Assembly: GCA_036841525.1 (NCBI GenBank)
Contig: DAITVZ010000011.1
Coordinates: forward strand, 534 to 64,533
Direction: 5' to 3'
DNA: 64,000 bases
DNA from: Chloroflexota bacterium
GTDB lineage: Bacteria > Chloroflexota > Anaerolineae > JAAYEA01
The position numbers and the translations under genes were made by a program. The notes under the pieces were generated by a model, which saw only the letters and a list, made by a program, of their open reading frames with translations, made no database searches and was not told the DNA's origin. Numbering within the stretch: the first letter of the stretch is position 1; every line of letters starts with the position of its first letter. Shown here piece by piece: positions 1 through 7,946 of this stretch.

Positions 1-1
1 C

Positions 2-298
2 TTCATCCACCTGCACTCCACCTCCATGTTCATCCTCGATGCCTTCCTGGAGGTGGAAGAGATCCGCTGCTATGAGGTCAACTATGAGCTCAAGAGCGGC
101 GGCCCGCCGATGAAGGGCATGATCCCCTTCTTCCAGATGATCCAGCGCGCCGGGCGGCCGCTGCTGGTGCGCGGGTCCTTCACCCCGGACGAGGCGCGTC
201 TGTTGATGGACGAGCTCGACCCCCGCGGCCTCTATATCTATGTCATGGCCACCGATGCCGCCGAGGTGGACGCGCTGCGGCCCATCCTGGGCCTATAG
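2..298 (+). CDS. C-terminal fragment of a hypothetical protein that starts upstream of the window; paralogue of the 2836..3921 product
   Basis: Open frame runs from the window edge to a stop at 298. The C-terminus '...LDPRGLYIYV...' matches '...CDPRGLLITT...' of the 2836..3921 protein. Confidence 0.5.
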   Translation, partial: FIHLHSTSMFILDAFLEVEEIRCYEVNYELKSGGPPMKGMIPFFQMIQRAGRPLLVRGSFTPDEARLLMDELDPRGLYIYVMATDAAEVDALRPILGL

Positions 299-353
299 CC
301 GGAACGCCCTAGGCCGCAGGTCGCCCGGCTCGTTGCGGGAGTGGGAGGAGACC

Positions 354-1274
354 ATGGAACCCTGGACCTTTGTTCACGCCACCGACATCCACATCGGATC
401 GCCGCGCTCCTTTCGGTATGCCCCCGCCTGGAACGCCAATTGGCAGACCGCGCGCCGCCAGATCATCGCCATGCAGCCCGACCTGCTGCTCGTCGGCGGC
501 GATCTGGCCCGCGACGGCAATATCCACCGCTGGGAGCTAGAGAGCGTCAAAACAGACCTGGACACGCTGCCGTTTCCCTATCACGTGATCCCCGGCAACA
601 TGGACACCAACAACAAGCACACTCGAATCTCGGGCCAGGAGCCTGGTCGCGACGATATGGATCTCAACGTGGCCATGCCGGACTATGACAACTATCGCGC
701 CGTATTTGGCCGCCCGTGGTGGACCCTTGTGCACAAGGAGGTCCGTTTCACCGGCCTGGGCGGGATGTCGCTGGGCTCGGGACTGCCCCTGGAGGGCGAG
801 CTGTGGGCCTTCCTGGAGTCGCTGGCGGACCTGCCGCGCCCGCGGTACCATATCTGGCTCACGCACTATCCGCCCTTCACCCAGTCGCCGGATGAGCCGA
901 ACTGGGACATCACCGACCGGGAGCAGTACCGCGAGTGGTACTTTGACCTCGACCAGCCCTACCGCGGCCGCTTGCTGGAGATCATGCGCGCCACGGGCGC
1001 CACCCGCGTCTTGAGCGGCCACACCCACGTCCGCAAGCAGCTCGCCGCCTATGGCATCCACTTTGATGTCGGCGCCTCGACGGCGTTCACCCAGGCCGGG
1101 CCCAACTGGCCCGACGGCGACCATACCCTGGGCTTTCAGCGCTACGACGTGACCGATTCGGGCATCGCCTACACCTTTGTGCCGCTGGCGGAAGTCTCCA
1201 CGGCCAAGGGCTACGGTCCTGGCGGGCACCCCCGCCCGGATCAGCGAGACTACTCAAAGGCGTGGGAAAAGTAA
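354..1274 (+). CDS. calcineurin-like metallophosphoesterase
   Basis: ATG at 354 follows GGGAGGAG (341-348). The motifs HATDIHIG, GGDLARDG and PGNMD are typical of MPP-superfamily phosphoesterases. Confidence 0.7.
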   Translation: MEPWTFVHATDIHIGSPRSFRYAPAWNANWQTARRQIIAMQPDLLLVGGDLARDGNIHRWELESVKTDLDTLPFPYHVIPGNMDTNNKHTRISGQEPGRDDMDLNVAMPDYDNYRAVFGRPWWTLVHKEVRFTGLGGMSLGSGLPLEGELWAFLESLADLPRPRYHIWLTHYPPFTQSPDEPNWDITDREQYREWYFDLDQPYRGRLLEIMRATGATRVLSGHTHVRKQLAAYGIHFDVGASTAFTQAGPNWPDGDHTLGFQRYDVTDSGIAYTFVPLAEVSTAKGYGPGGHPRPDQRDYSKAWEK

Positions 1275-1286
1275 AGGAGCAGAACC

Positions 1287-2255
1287 GTGGAAATCCCGTT
1301 TCTCGCCCAGCCGGATCAACTGGAGGCCAAGATCGCCGAGTGGCAGGCCCTCGCCGAGGCTCGCCTGCGTATGGATTATGTCACCTCCTATTCCGGCCAT
1401 CGCGTTTATGGTCTATCCGTGTCCGATTTCCGCTCCTCCACCGAGGGCAGGCGCGCCCACTACTTTGCCCAGCCCCATGCCCACGAGCCCGGCGCCACCG
1501 CCGGCATGATGGACGTGCTTGAGCAGTTGCTCACCGGCCGCGATCTCTACGGCGAGCCCACGCCCCTGGACGTGGAGCGGGTGCTCGCCAAAACGGTGCT
1601 CACCTTCAATCCCATCGGCAACCCTCAGGGGCGCGCCGCCGCTCCGGTCCCCTTCTGGGACGGCTCGCGCTACACCAACGACCAGTTCTGGTGCTGGATG
1701 CGCGGCGACGACTCGGACCACCCGGGCCACATGTGGAGGCGGCTGGACGAATGGGATCGCCGCGTGGAGCGCGCCCCGGAGCCGGTCGGCATCGTCTATG
1801 AGCAGATCGACGAGTACCGCTACGTCGAGCCCAACCGCAGCCAGCTCTCCGCCTACTTTCGGCTGTTCCACCAGCTCGACGCGCGCTACCATTATGACTG
1901 CTGGCTCGACCTCCACCAGACCGAGTTCGTCCACTCGCCCCACACCTGCGAGATACTGCTGCCCATCGCGGGGCTGGCCAGCGGCTCGATCGCCGAGGTC
2001 AACCACAAGTGGGGCCAGCGGATCGTGGACGCTTGGATTCGCGCCGGCTTCCGCGCCCTCCCACAGCCCGTGCCGCTGGGCTACACCGGCGAGCAAGCCG
2101 AGTATTTCCGCCGCAACTGGGGCGCGCTTCACCAGCGCATGAACATCATCTCGACCGAGATCAAGAACAACGCGCCGGACGCCCCGCCCCAGTTCCAGAT
2201 GCGCGCGCAGGTGATCGCCATTCAAGAGAGCATCAAGCGTCTGCTGGAGGACTGA
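1287..2255 (+). CDS. M14-like zinc carboxypeptidase / succinylglutamate-desuccinylase-family protein (tentative)
   Basis: GTG start after AAAGGAG. The HAHEPGATAG sequence (HxxE zinc-ligand pattern) supports the call. The family assignment is inferred, not searched. Confidence 0.45.
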   Translation: MEIPFLAQPDQLEAKIAEWQALAEARLRMDYVTSYSGHRVYGLSVSDFRSSTEGRRAHYFAQPHAHEPGATAGMMDVLEQLLTGRDLYGEPTPLDVERVLAKTVLTFNPIGNPQGRAAAPVPFWDGSRYTNDQFWCWMRGDDSDHPGHMWRRLDEWDRRVERAPEPVGIVYEQIDEYRYVEPNRSQLSAYFRLFHQLDARYHYDCWLDLHQTEFVHSPHTCEILLPIAGLASGSIAEVNHKWGQRIVDAWIRAGFRALPQPVPLGYTGEQAEYFRRNWGALHQRMNIISTEIKNNAPDAPPQFQMRAQVIAIQESIKRLLED

Positions 2256-2257
2256 TC

Positions 2258-2776
2258 ATGCCGCCGGAGGAAGCTGCCATGGACCCAGAGATCACCATCC
2301 GCCCGCTTAAGCCGGAGGACACGGAGGCGGCAGCCGCCATCGCCGTCGCCGCATGGAAGCCCATCTTTGCTCACTTTCGCTCGGTCTTGGGCGACGAGAT
2401 GTACGACATCTGCTACCCTGACGGCTACGAGGTCATCAAAGCGGCGCAGGTGCGCGGCGCCTGCCGCGGCGAGGGCGGCGCCCTGGTCGCTGTGGCCGAG
2501 GTCGGCGGGCAGGTGGTCGCTTTCATCTCCTACTATCCCCACCGCACCGCCAGCACTGCCGAGATCGGCAACAACGCCGTCCACCCGGAGTGGCAGGGTC
2601 GCGGCATCGGCCCTCGGATGTACGAGTTCGTTTTTGATCAACTGCGGACGATGAGCGTCCGTGTGGTGCGCGTCCGCACCGGCGGCGACCCCGCGCACGC
2701 TCCGGCCCGCCGCGCCTATGAGAAGGCAGGCTTCCAGGTCAGCCTGCCCGAGGTCACCTATTACCGCGAGCTCTAG
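2258..2776 (+). CDS. GNAT family N-acetyltransferase
   Basis: ATG lies 2 nt after the previous stop. The 'WQGRGIG' acetyl-CoA-binding motif is present. Confidence 0.7.
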   Translation: MPPEEAAMDPEITIRPLKPEDTEAAAAIAVAAWKPIFAHFRSVLGDEMYDICYPDGYEVIKAAQVRGACRGEGGALVAVAEVGGQVVAFISYYPHRTASTAEIGNNAVHPEWQGRGIGPRMYEFVFDQLRTMSVRVVRVRTGGDPAHAPARRAYEKAGFQVSLPEVTYYREL

Positions 2777-2781
2777 CCCAT

Positions 2782-2810
2782 TTGGCAGTCCCGAGTTCCG
2801 ACGCCATAAT
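2782..2810 (+). promoter_or_regulatory. sigma-A-like promoter TTGGCA-17-CATAAT for the 2836 gene
   Basis: -35 at 2782-2787 and -10 at 2805-2810, read directly. The SD GAGGTGAG precedes the ATG at 2836. Confidence 0.45.
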
Positions 2811-2835
2811 ACCCCATCCCTGCACGAGGTGAGCC

Positions 2836-3921
2836 ATGCAGATGCTGTACAAGCCCGATTGGGAGCAAGCGCGCGCCCGTATGCTGGCCTGGTGGGCCGG
2901 CGCGGAGTCGGATCGTCCGATCATCCAGGTCACCGCGCCGCGGCGGGAGGCGCCGGGCCGGCCCGGCTGGTCCTCGTGGAGCTTGATCCACAACCTCGAT
3001 CATCCCGAGCGCGCCCTGGAAGGCTACGAGGCCTATTGCCGGGACACCTTCTTCGGCGGCGAGGCCTTCCCCAACCTCTGGATCAACCTCGGCCCCGGCG
3101 TCACCGCCGCGTATTTGGGCCGAGTGCCGCGAATCGCCGAGGAAACGGTCTGGTTCGAGGCCGCCGAGGCCATGTCCTGGGAGCGCATCCTCTCCCTCCG
3201 CCTCGACCCCGACGACAAGTGGTGGGCCATTACGAAGCGGCTCACCTCCCTGGCGACAGAGCGGGGCCATGGCCAGTACTTTGCCTCGGTCACGGACCTC
3301 AACGGCGTGCACAACGTCCTCGGCTCGCTGCGCGGCACCCAGCGACTGGCCATGGACTGCCTCGACGACCCCGATCTGGTCAAGCGCGCCTCCGCCCACC
3401 TCACCGACATCTGGCTGCAATGCTATGACGAGTTGGTAGGGATCACCCAGCGCCGCCAGGAAGGCTCCTCCTCCTGGATGGGCATCTGGTTCCCCGGGCG
3501 CGGCTCCGACGTGCAGTCCGACTTTGCCGCCATGCTCTCGCCGCGCATGTTCGCCGACCTGATCCTGCCCGACCTGCGGCGCCAGTGCCAGCACGTGGAG
3601 CAGAGCATCTTTCACTGGGACGGGCCGGGCCAGATCCGCCACCTGGACGCGCTGCTGGACATCCCGGAGCTGGGCGGGCTGCAATGGGTCCCCGGCGCGG
3701 GCAACCCGACCACCGGCTCGCCCCAGTGGTTTCCTCTGTACCAACGCATTCAGGCCCGGGGCAAGCGGCTTGTCTTGCAGGGCATGGAGCCGGGCGATGT
3801 TCGCGGCGTCGTCGAGACGTGCGACCCTCGCGGGTTGCTCATCACCACCAGTTGCGCCACCGAGCAGGAGGCGCGCGACTTGCTGGCCATGGTGCCCCAG
3901 TGGGCCCGCGCCAGGCGGTAA
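2836..3921 (+). CDS. hypothetical TIM-barrel protein, uroporphyrinogen-decarboxylase (URO-D)/MtaA-like (tentative)
   Basis: ORF of 361 aa. Its C-terminal half (SDFAAMLSPRMF...HWDGPG...LDIPELGGLQW) resembles the URO-D-like fold. It is a paralogue of the ORF at 2..298. Confidence 0.55.
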   Translation: MQMLYKPDWEQARARMLAWWAGAESDRPIIQVTAPRREAPGRPGWSSWSLIHNLDHPERALEGYEAYCRDTFFGGEAFPNLWINLGPGVTAAYLGRVPRIAEETVWFEAAEAMSWERILSLRLDPDDKWWAITKRLTSLATERGHGQYFASVTDLNGVHNVLGSLRGTQRLAMDCLDDPDLVKRASAHLTDIWLQCYDELVGITQRRQEGSSSWMGIWFPGRGSDVQSDFAAMLSPRMFADLILPDLRRQCQHVEQSIFHWDGPGQIRHLDALLDIPELGGLQWVPGAGNPTTGSPQWFPLYQRIQARGKRLVLQGMEPGDVRGVVETCDPRGLLITTSCATEQEARDLLAMVPQWARARR

Positions 3922-3972
3922 GGCAGGCATATAACAGGGGACACTCGGTAACAAAGCAAAAGGGGGAACTCG

Positions 3973-4824
3973 ATGCTCAAGAGAAAGCTGGGCAAGACCG
4001 GCGAAAAGCTCACCGTCGTCGGCTTTGGCGGGATCGTCGTCAAGGGGCTGGAGCAGCCCATCGCCAACGGGATCGTGGCCAAGGCTGCCGAGGAATATGG
4101 GCTCAACTATTTCGACGTCGCTCCGAGCTATGGCAACTCGGAACAAGTCCTGGGGCCCGCGCTCGAGCCGTACCGGAACAAGGTCTTTCTGGCCTGCAAG
4201 ACCACTGAGCGCTCCGCCGAGGGCGCCCGGCGCGAGCTGGAGCAGTCGCTCATCAACCTGCGCACCGATCACTTCGACCTGTACCAGTTGCACTCGGTCA
4301 AGACCATGGAGGATGTGGACCAGATCACCGGGCCCGGCGGCGCCTTGGAAACCTTCGTCAAGGCCCGGCAGGAGGGCAAGACCCGCTTCATCGGCTTTTC
4401 CGCCCATGGCGAGGAGGCGGCTCTCGAGCTCATGAAGCGCTTCGCCTTTGACACCATCCTCTTTCCGCTCAACTATGTCATCTGGCATCAGGGCCACTTT
4501 GGCCCGCGCGCCCTGGCCGCCGCGCAGGCCCAGGGGATGGGCATCCTCGCGCTCAAGGCCCTGGCCAAGCGCAAGTGGGACGAGGGCGAGGACCACGGCT
4601 GGTCCAAGCGCTGGTACGCGCCGGTAGACACCCCGGAGGAGGCCAAGTTGGCGCTGCGTTTCACCCTCTCGCTGCCCGTCACCGCCGCCGTGAGCCCCGG
4701 CCACGCCGACCTGCTCTGGTGGATGTGCGAAGCCGCGCACGAGTTCGCCCCGCTCACCCCCGCAGAGGAGGCCCTAGTCAAGGAGCGCAGCGCTGGGCTG
4801 GCGCCCCTCTTCCCGCAGATGTAG
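3973..4824 (+). CDS. aldo/keto reductase family oxidoreductase
   Basis: AAGGGGGA SD. The product shows an AKR fold with the signature 'GYRHIDTA'-like 'NYFDVAPSYGNSE' region and the motif 'FDLYQLH'. Confidence 0.75.
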   Translation: MLKRKLGKTGEKLTVVGFGGIVVKGLEQPIANGIVAKAAEEYGLNYFDVAPSYGNSEQVLGPALEPYRNKVFLACKTTERSAEGARRELEQSLINLRTDHFDLYQLHSVKTMEDVDQITGPGGALETFVKARQEGKTRFIGFSAHGEEAALELMKRFAFDTILFPLNYVIWHQGHFGPRALAAAQAQGMGILALKALAKRKWDEGEDHGWSKRWYAPVDTPEEAKLALRFTLSLPVTAAVSPGHADLLWWMCEAAHEFAPLTPAEEALVKERSAGLAPLFPQM

Positions 4825-4856
4825 GGCCGCTGGGCCGCCACCTCCGGACAAACGGA

Positions 4857-4888
4857 AGGCCCTGCTTCTGTTGGTTGAAGCAGGGCCT
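4857..4888. terminator. bidirectional intrinsic-terminator hairpin between convergent genes
   Basis: Perfect 12-bp stem AGGCCCTGCTTC / GAAGCAGGGCCT with the 8-nt loop TGTTGGTT. T-containing flanks lie on both strands. Confidence 0.6.
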
Positions 4889-4943
4889 CGTGCGTTGTAT
4901 GCGATTGTTCAGGAGGACGGACACCCTTTTGTCTGCGACCGAT

Positions 4944-5126
4944 CTAGCTCCGCGCTTCAGCGGTCAGGTTCTGGCTCCAGGCCAGCGGGATTTGCTCGTC
5001 GCGAGCGGTGTCCATCTTGCGGTTCGCTCGCTTCAGCGAGCGGAACAGGCGGCGGTTATCCGCCTTCTTCAGGTTCTCCTGCCGATACATGTCTGCGGCC
5101 ATCCCCGCGTGGTACATCTCGTACAT
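4944..5126 (-). CDS. orphan small basic protein (60 aa) of unknown function
   Basis: ATG is preceded by AGGAGG at 6-nt spacing, and a terminator hairpin follows the gene. The local GC content is lower than the surroundings. No recognisable domain. Confidence 0.55.
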   Translation of the reverse strand: MYEMYHAGMAADMYRQENLKKADNRRLFRSLKRANRKMDTARDEQIPLAWSQNLTAEARS

Positions 5127-5166
5127 CTTGTGCCTCCTGGTGCCTCTGTGTCCGTCTTCTGGCTCC

Positions 5167-5195
5167 AGTATAGCAGGTGCGGTTCACTTTGTCAT
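5167..5195 (-). promoter_or_regulatory. promoter ATGACA-17-TATACT for the small gene at 5126
   Basis: On the minus strand, -35 corresponds to 5190-5195 and -10 to 5167-5172. The spacing to the ATG at 5126 is appropriate. Confidence 0.45.
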
Positions 5196-5278
5196 CAGCC
5201 AGGGGGATGGTTCTATCTACGCCAAAGCACCCACCCGCGACCCCTCTCGGGGCCATCCTTGCGGCTTAGGCGCCTACG

Positions 5279-5899
5279 TCATTTGGCGTAGGTCTTGGCG
5301 GCCCCAGCCGCCCAGACCGTCTCGAGCGCCTCGCTGTACTGAGCCGCCAGCGCCTTGGCCACCAGGTGACGATAGCCCGGCAGGGAGAGCAGGCCCCAGG
5401 ACTTGTCGGCCAGTCCGACTTGGCCATCTGCCTTCACGATGGGGACCTCCCCACCGGTCATAACCACCGGCTTCTGAACTCGCCAACTGACGTCGCCATC
5501 GGAAGAGAAGGCCATGCGCGTCTCCACCTCCGCCCGGGCGTACACAGGCGTCCAGACGATCTCCTCTCGCACGATCTCGATCCGCATATAGATGTCGCCT
5601 GCGGCGTCGGGCGCTCCGTCGACCATCTCGACATTTCCGATCTGCGGGTTGTTGCCCCACAGCTCGGCGCGCAGCGCGTCCCGAAACGCCTCCGCGAACG
5701 CCCCATCGCCCTCCACGGCCACCGACACCACCGGCGCGTTGGCCATCTTGGGGGGCAGCTTGTCGCCTCCGCGATAGGTGCCGATCCCTCGATCCCCCGC
5801 CGTCCTGCTCCGCGCCAGGCGCAGGTCCAGAAAGAGCAGGCCGCTCACCAGAATGACGACCAATGCAACTGCCACCAGGAACCACTGCCTTCTGCTCAT
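5279..5899 (-). CDS. membrane-anchored hypothetical protein (N-terminal TM helix)
   Basis: GGGAGGAAACC SD. The N-terminus WFLVAVALVVILVSGLLFL is hydrophobic. A stop-overlapping hairpin follows the gene. Confidence 0.6.
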   Translation of the reverse strand: MSRRQWFLVAVALVVILVSGLLFLDLRLARSRTAGDRGIGTYRGGDKLPPKMANAPVVSVAVEGDGAFAEAFRDALRAELWGNNPQIGNVEMVDGAPDAAGDIYMRIEIVREEIVWTPVYARAEVETRMAFSSDGDVSWRVQKPVVMTGGEVPIVKADGQVGLADKSWGLLSLPGYRHLVAKALAAQYSEALETVWAAGAAKTYAK

Positions 5900-5942
5900 C
5901 ACCGGTTTCCTCCCTCACCTGGCCGCATCCGGGCCAATAGCC

Positions 5943-6131
5943 TTACTTGCCCTTCGACTTGTCCAACGCCGCGCCCAGCGCAAGGCCAATCCCTGCGCCG
6001 AGGCCCGCGATGCAGATGAACCACGCTTGCCCGGTCAGACTGAACAGGATAACGCCCAGCCCTCCCGCAAGGGCCGTCCCCAGAAGCATCCCGAGGCTGG
6101 CATGGGTGTATGCGCGCTTGGTGTTTTCCAT
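5943..6131 (-). CDS. glycine-zipper small membrane protein (63 aa)
   Basis: AAGGAGA SD lies 9 nt upstream of the ATG. GxxxG repeats (LGTALAGGLGV...AGLGAGIGLALGAAL) are present. An extended -10 TGGTATACT lies upstream. Confidence 0.55.
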   Translation of the reverse strand: MENTKRAYTHASLGMLLGTALAGGLGVILFSLTGQAWFICIAGLGAGIGLALGAALDKSKGK

Positions 6132-6323
6132 CTCGATCAGGTCTCCTTGTCTTGGTTGTCTCGTTTCGCAAGTATACCAGGTCAGGCTCCTGTTGGCATC
6201 GGCAGAATGGACCAAACTCGCTGCGACAAAAGGCCCTTCTTGACCTCATCTGGGTAGTCCTTTGGTCGTAGGCCGCCCCCAGCCACTGTAGCCAAGCCTG
6301 CGACGCGCTGGCCGCCGGGCCGC

Positions 6324-6351
6324 TTGACGGCCCGTCCGGCCCGTGTAGAAT
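6324..6351 (+). promoter_or_regulatory. near-consensus promoter TTGACG-16-TAGAAT for the 6386 gene
   Basis: -35 at 6324-6329 and -10 at 6346-6351. The ATG lies 35 nt downstream with a GGAAGGAGG SD. Confidence 0.6.
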
Positions 6352-6385
6352 GTGGCAGGGCTGATGTGCCCGGAAGGAGGAAGCG

Positions 6386-7540
6386 ATGAAATACCGACCC
6401 TTAGGCAAGCTTGCCATCCAGGTGTCCGCCCTCGGCTTTGGCGCCATGCGCTTGCCCACGCTGCCTGACGGCGCAGTGAACGAGCCGCTCGCCATCGAGA
6501 TGCTGCGTTACGCCATCGACCACGGGGTGAACTATATCGACACGGCTTACCCTTATCACAACCAAACCAGCGAGGTCATCGTCGGCAAGGCGCTGCGAAA
6601 TGGCTACCGGGAAAAAGTCTATCTCGCTACCAAGCTCAACGCGCGATGGGTCGAGACCGCCGCTGACCTGGATCGGCTGCTGGACGAGCAGCGCGCCAAG
6701 TTGCAGGTGGATGCGCTCGACTTTTACCTGCTCCACGGCATGCGCCGCTCACGCTGGGACCAGTTGCGCGCGCTGAATGTGCTCGATTGGGCCGAGAAGC
6801 GCATGGCGGAGGGGGCCTTCGAACACCTGGGATTCTCCTTCCACGACAACCTCGATCTCTTTCACGAGATCATCGACGCCTACGACAACTGGGCGCTGGC
6901 CCAGGTGCAGTACAACTATATGGACGTGGAGAACCAGGCCGGGACCGCCGGGGTCCAGTATGCGGCCAGCAAGGGCCTGGGCGTGGTGGTGATGGAGCCC
7001 TTGCTGGGCGGCAAGCTCGTCTCCGCGCCCCCGCAGGTGCAAGCGCTGTGGGACAGCGCGCCAGTCCGGCGGTCGCCCGTCGAATGGGCCTTCCAGTGGC
7101 TGTGGGACCAGCCCGAGGTCTCGCTGACCCTGAGCGGGATGAGCACCATGGAGCAGGTCGTGGAGAACGTGGCCTATGCGGAGCGCGCCGGCGACGGGCA
7201 CCTGACCGAGGCCGAGCGGGGTCTGGTGGCGCGGGCGCGCGAGGTCTATAACCAGCTCTGCCCCATCCCCTGCACTGCTTGCGAGTACTGCATGCCCTGC
7301 CCCAATGGGGTCAACATCCCCGGCAACTTTCGCTGGTACAACTCGGGGGCGATGTATAACCAGTGGGCGCAGGCCCGCGGTCGCTACGCCCGCATGGCCG
7401 AGGGGGAGCGGGCCAGCGAGTGCGTCCAGTGCCGCCTCTGCGAGGAGCTCTGCCCGCAGAGCATCGAGATCAGCCAGTGGATGCCCGAGGTCGACGAGGT
7501 GCTGGGCCAGGGCAAAGAGTACGTCTGCCGGACGCGGTAG
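6386..7540 (+). CDS. aldo/keto reductase fused to a C-terminal 4Fe-4S ferredoxin-like domain
   Basis: The N-terminal AKR barrel is followed by the Cys motifs CTACEYCMPCP and CVQCRLCEELCP. Confidence 0.75.
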   Translation: MKYRPLGKLAIQVSALGFGAMRLPTLPDGAVNEPLAIEMLRYAIDHGVNYIDTAYPYHNQTSEVIVGKALRNGYREKVYLATKLNARWVETAADLDRLLDEQRAKLQVDALDFYLLHGMRRSRWDQLRALNVLDWAEKRMAEGAFEHLGFSFHDNLDLFHEIIDAYDNWALAQVQYNYMDVENQAGTAGVQYAASKGLGVVVMEPLLGGKLVSAPPQVQALWDSAPVRRSPVEWAFQWLWDQPEVSLTLSGMSTMEQVVENVAYAERAGDGHLTEAERGLVARAREVYNQLCPIPCTACEYCMPCPNGVNIPGNFRWYNSGAMYNQWAQARGRYARMAEGERASECVQCRLCEELCPQSIEISQWMPEVDEVLGQGKEYVCRTR

Positions 7541-7626
7541 GCCAGGCAAGGCCGAAACCCTCACGCCGCGTGCGCGTATATATGGGTGGAAGCGAGGTTG
7601 CGAACGCGCAGCGCAAGGAGGGTATC

Positions 7627-7785
7627 ATGGAGAGCAATCGCCCCATCAACGTCCACGCGGACGTCGCCGGGCCCATCTGGTTCATCGGTTGGCTGTTCAC
7701 CATCGGCTTTGCCGAGATCACGGGCTGGAAGATCCTGCTGGCCCTGATCGTCTGGCCGCTCTACCTTGGCCAGGCCGCTGGCTAG
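7627..7785 (+). CDS. small hydrophobic protein (52 aa)
   Basis: AAGGAGGG SD lies 4 nt upstream of the ATG. The product has two predicted TM segments, and a terminator follows. Confidence 0.45.
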   Translation: MESNRPINVHADVAGPIWFIGWLFTIGFAEITGWKILLALIVWPLYLGQAAG

Positions 7786-7808
7786 ATCACCGCTCTGCTG
7801 ACAACAAC

Positions 7809-7846
7809 GAGAGGCCATCTTGATCAAGATGGCCTCTCCCTTTTCC
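7809..7846 (+). terminator. rho-independent terminator
   Basis: The palindrome GAGAGGCCATCTT GATC AAGATGGCCTCTC is followed by CCTTTTCC. Confidence 0.65.
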
Positions 7847-7946
7847 TACCATATCGCGCCAGTCAGCGCGTCCGGCTGAGCCACCGCCAGATTCGCGCTG
7901 GGGCCGTCGGGCCTGCCGGTAATGTCCTCGGGCCTTGGCCCCCGAA

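Noticed and set aside
2773-4740. 655-aa minus-strand ORF spanning two plus-strand genes
   Set aside because: This is a high-GC antisense shadow ORF. The translation is low-complexity and Arg/Gly/Ala-rich, it has no SD, and well-supported genes (the 2836 URO-D-like gene and the aldo/keto reductase (AKR) gene) lie on the opposite strand.
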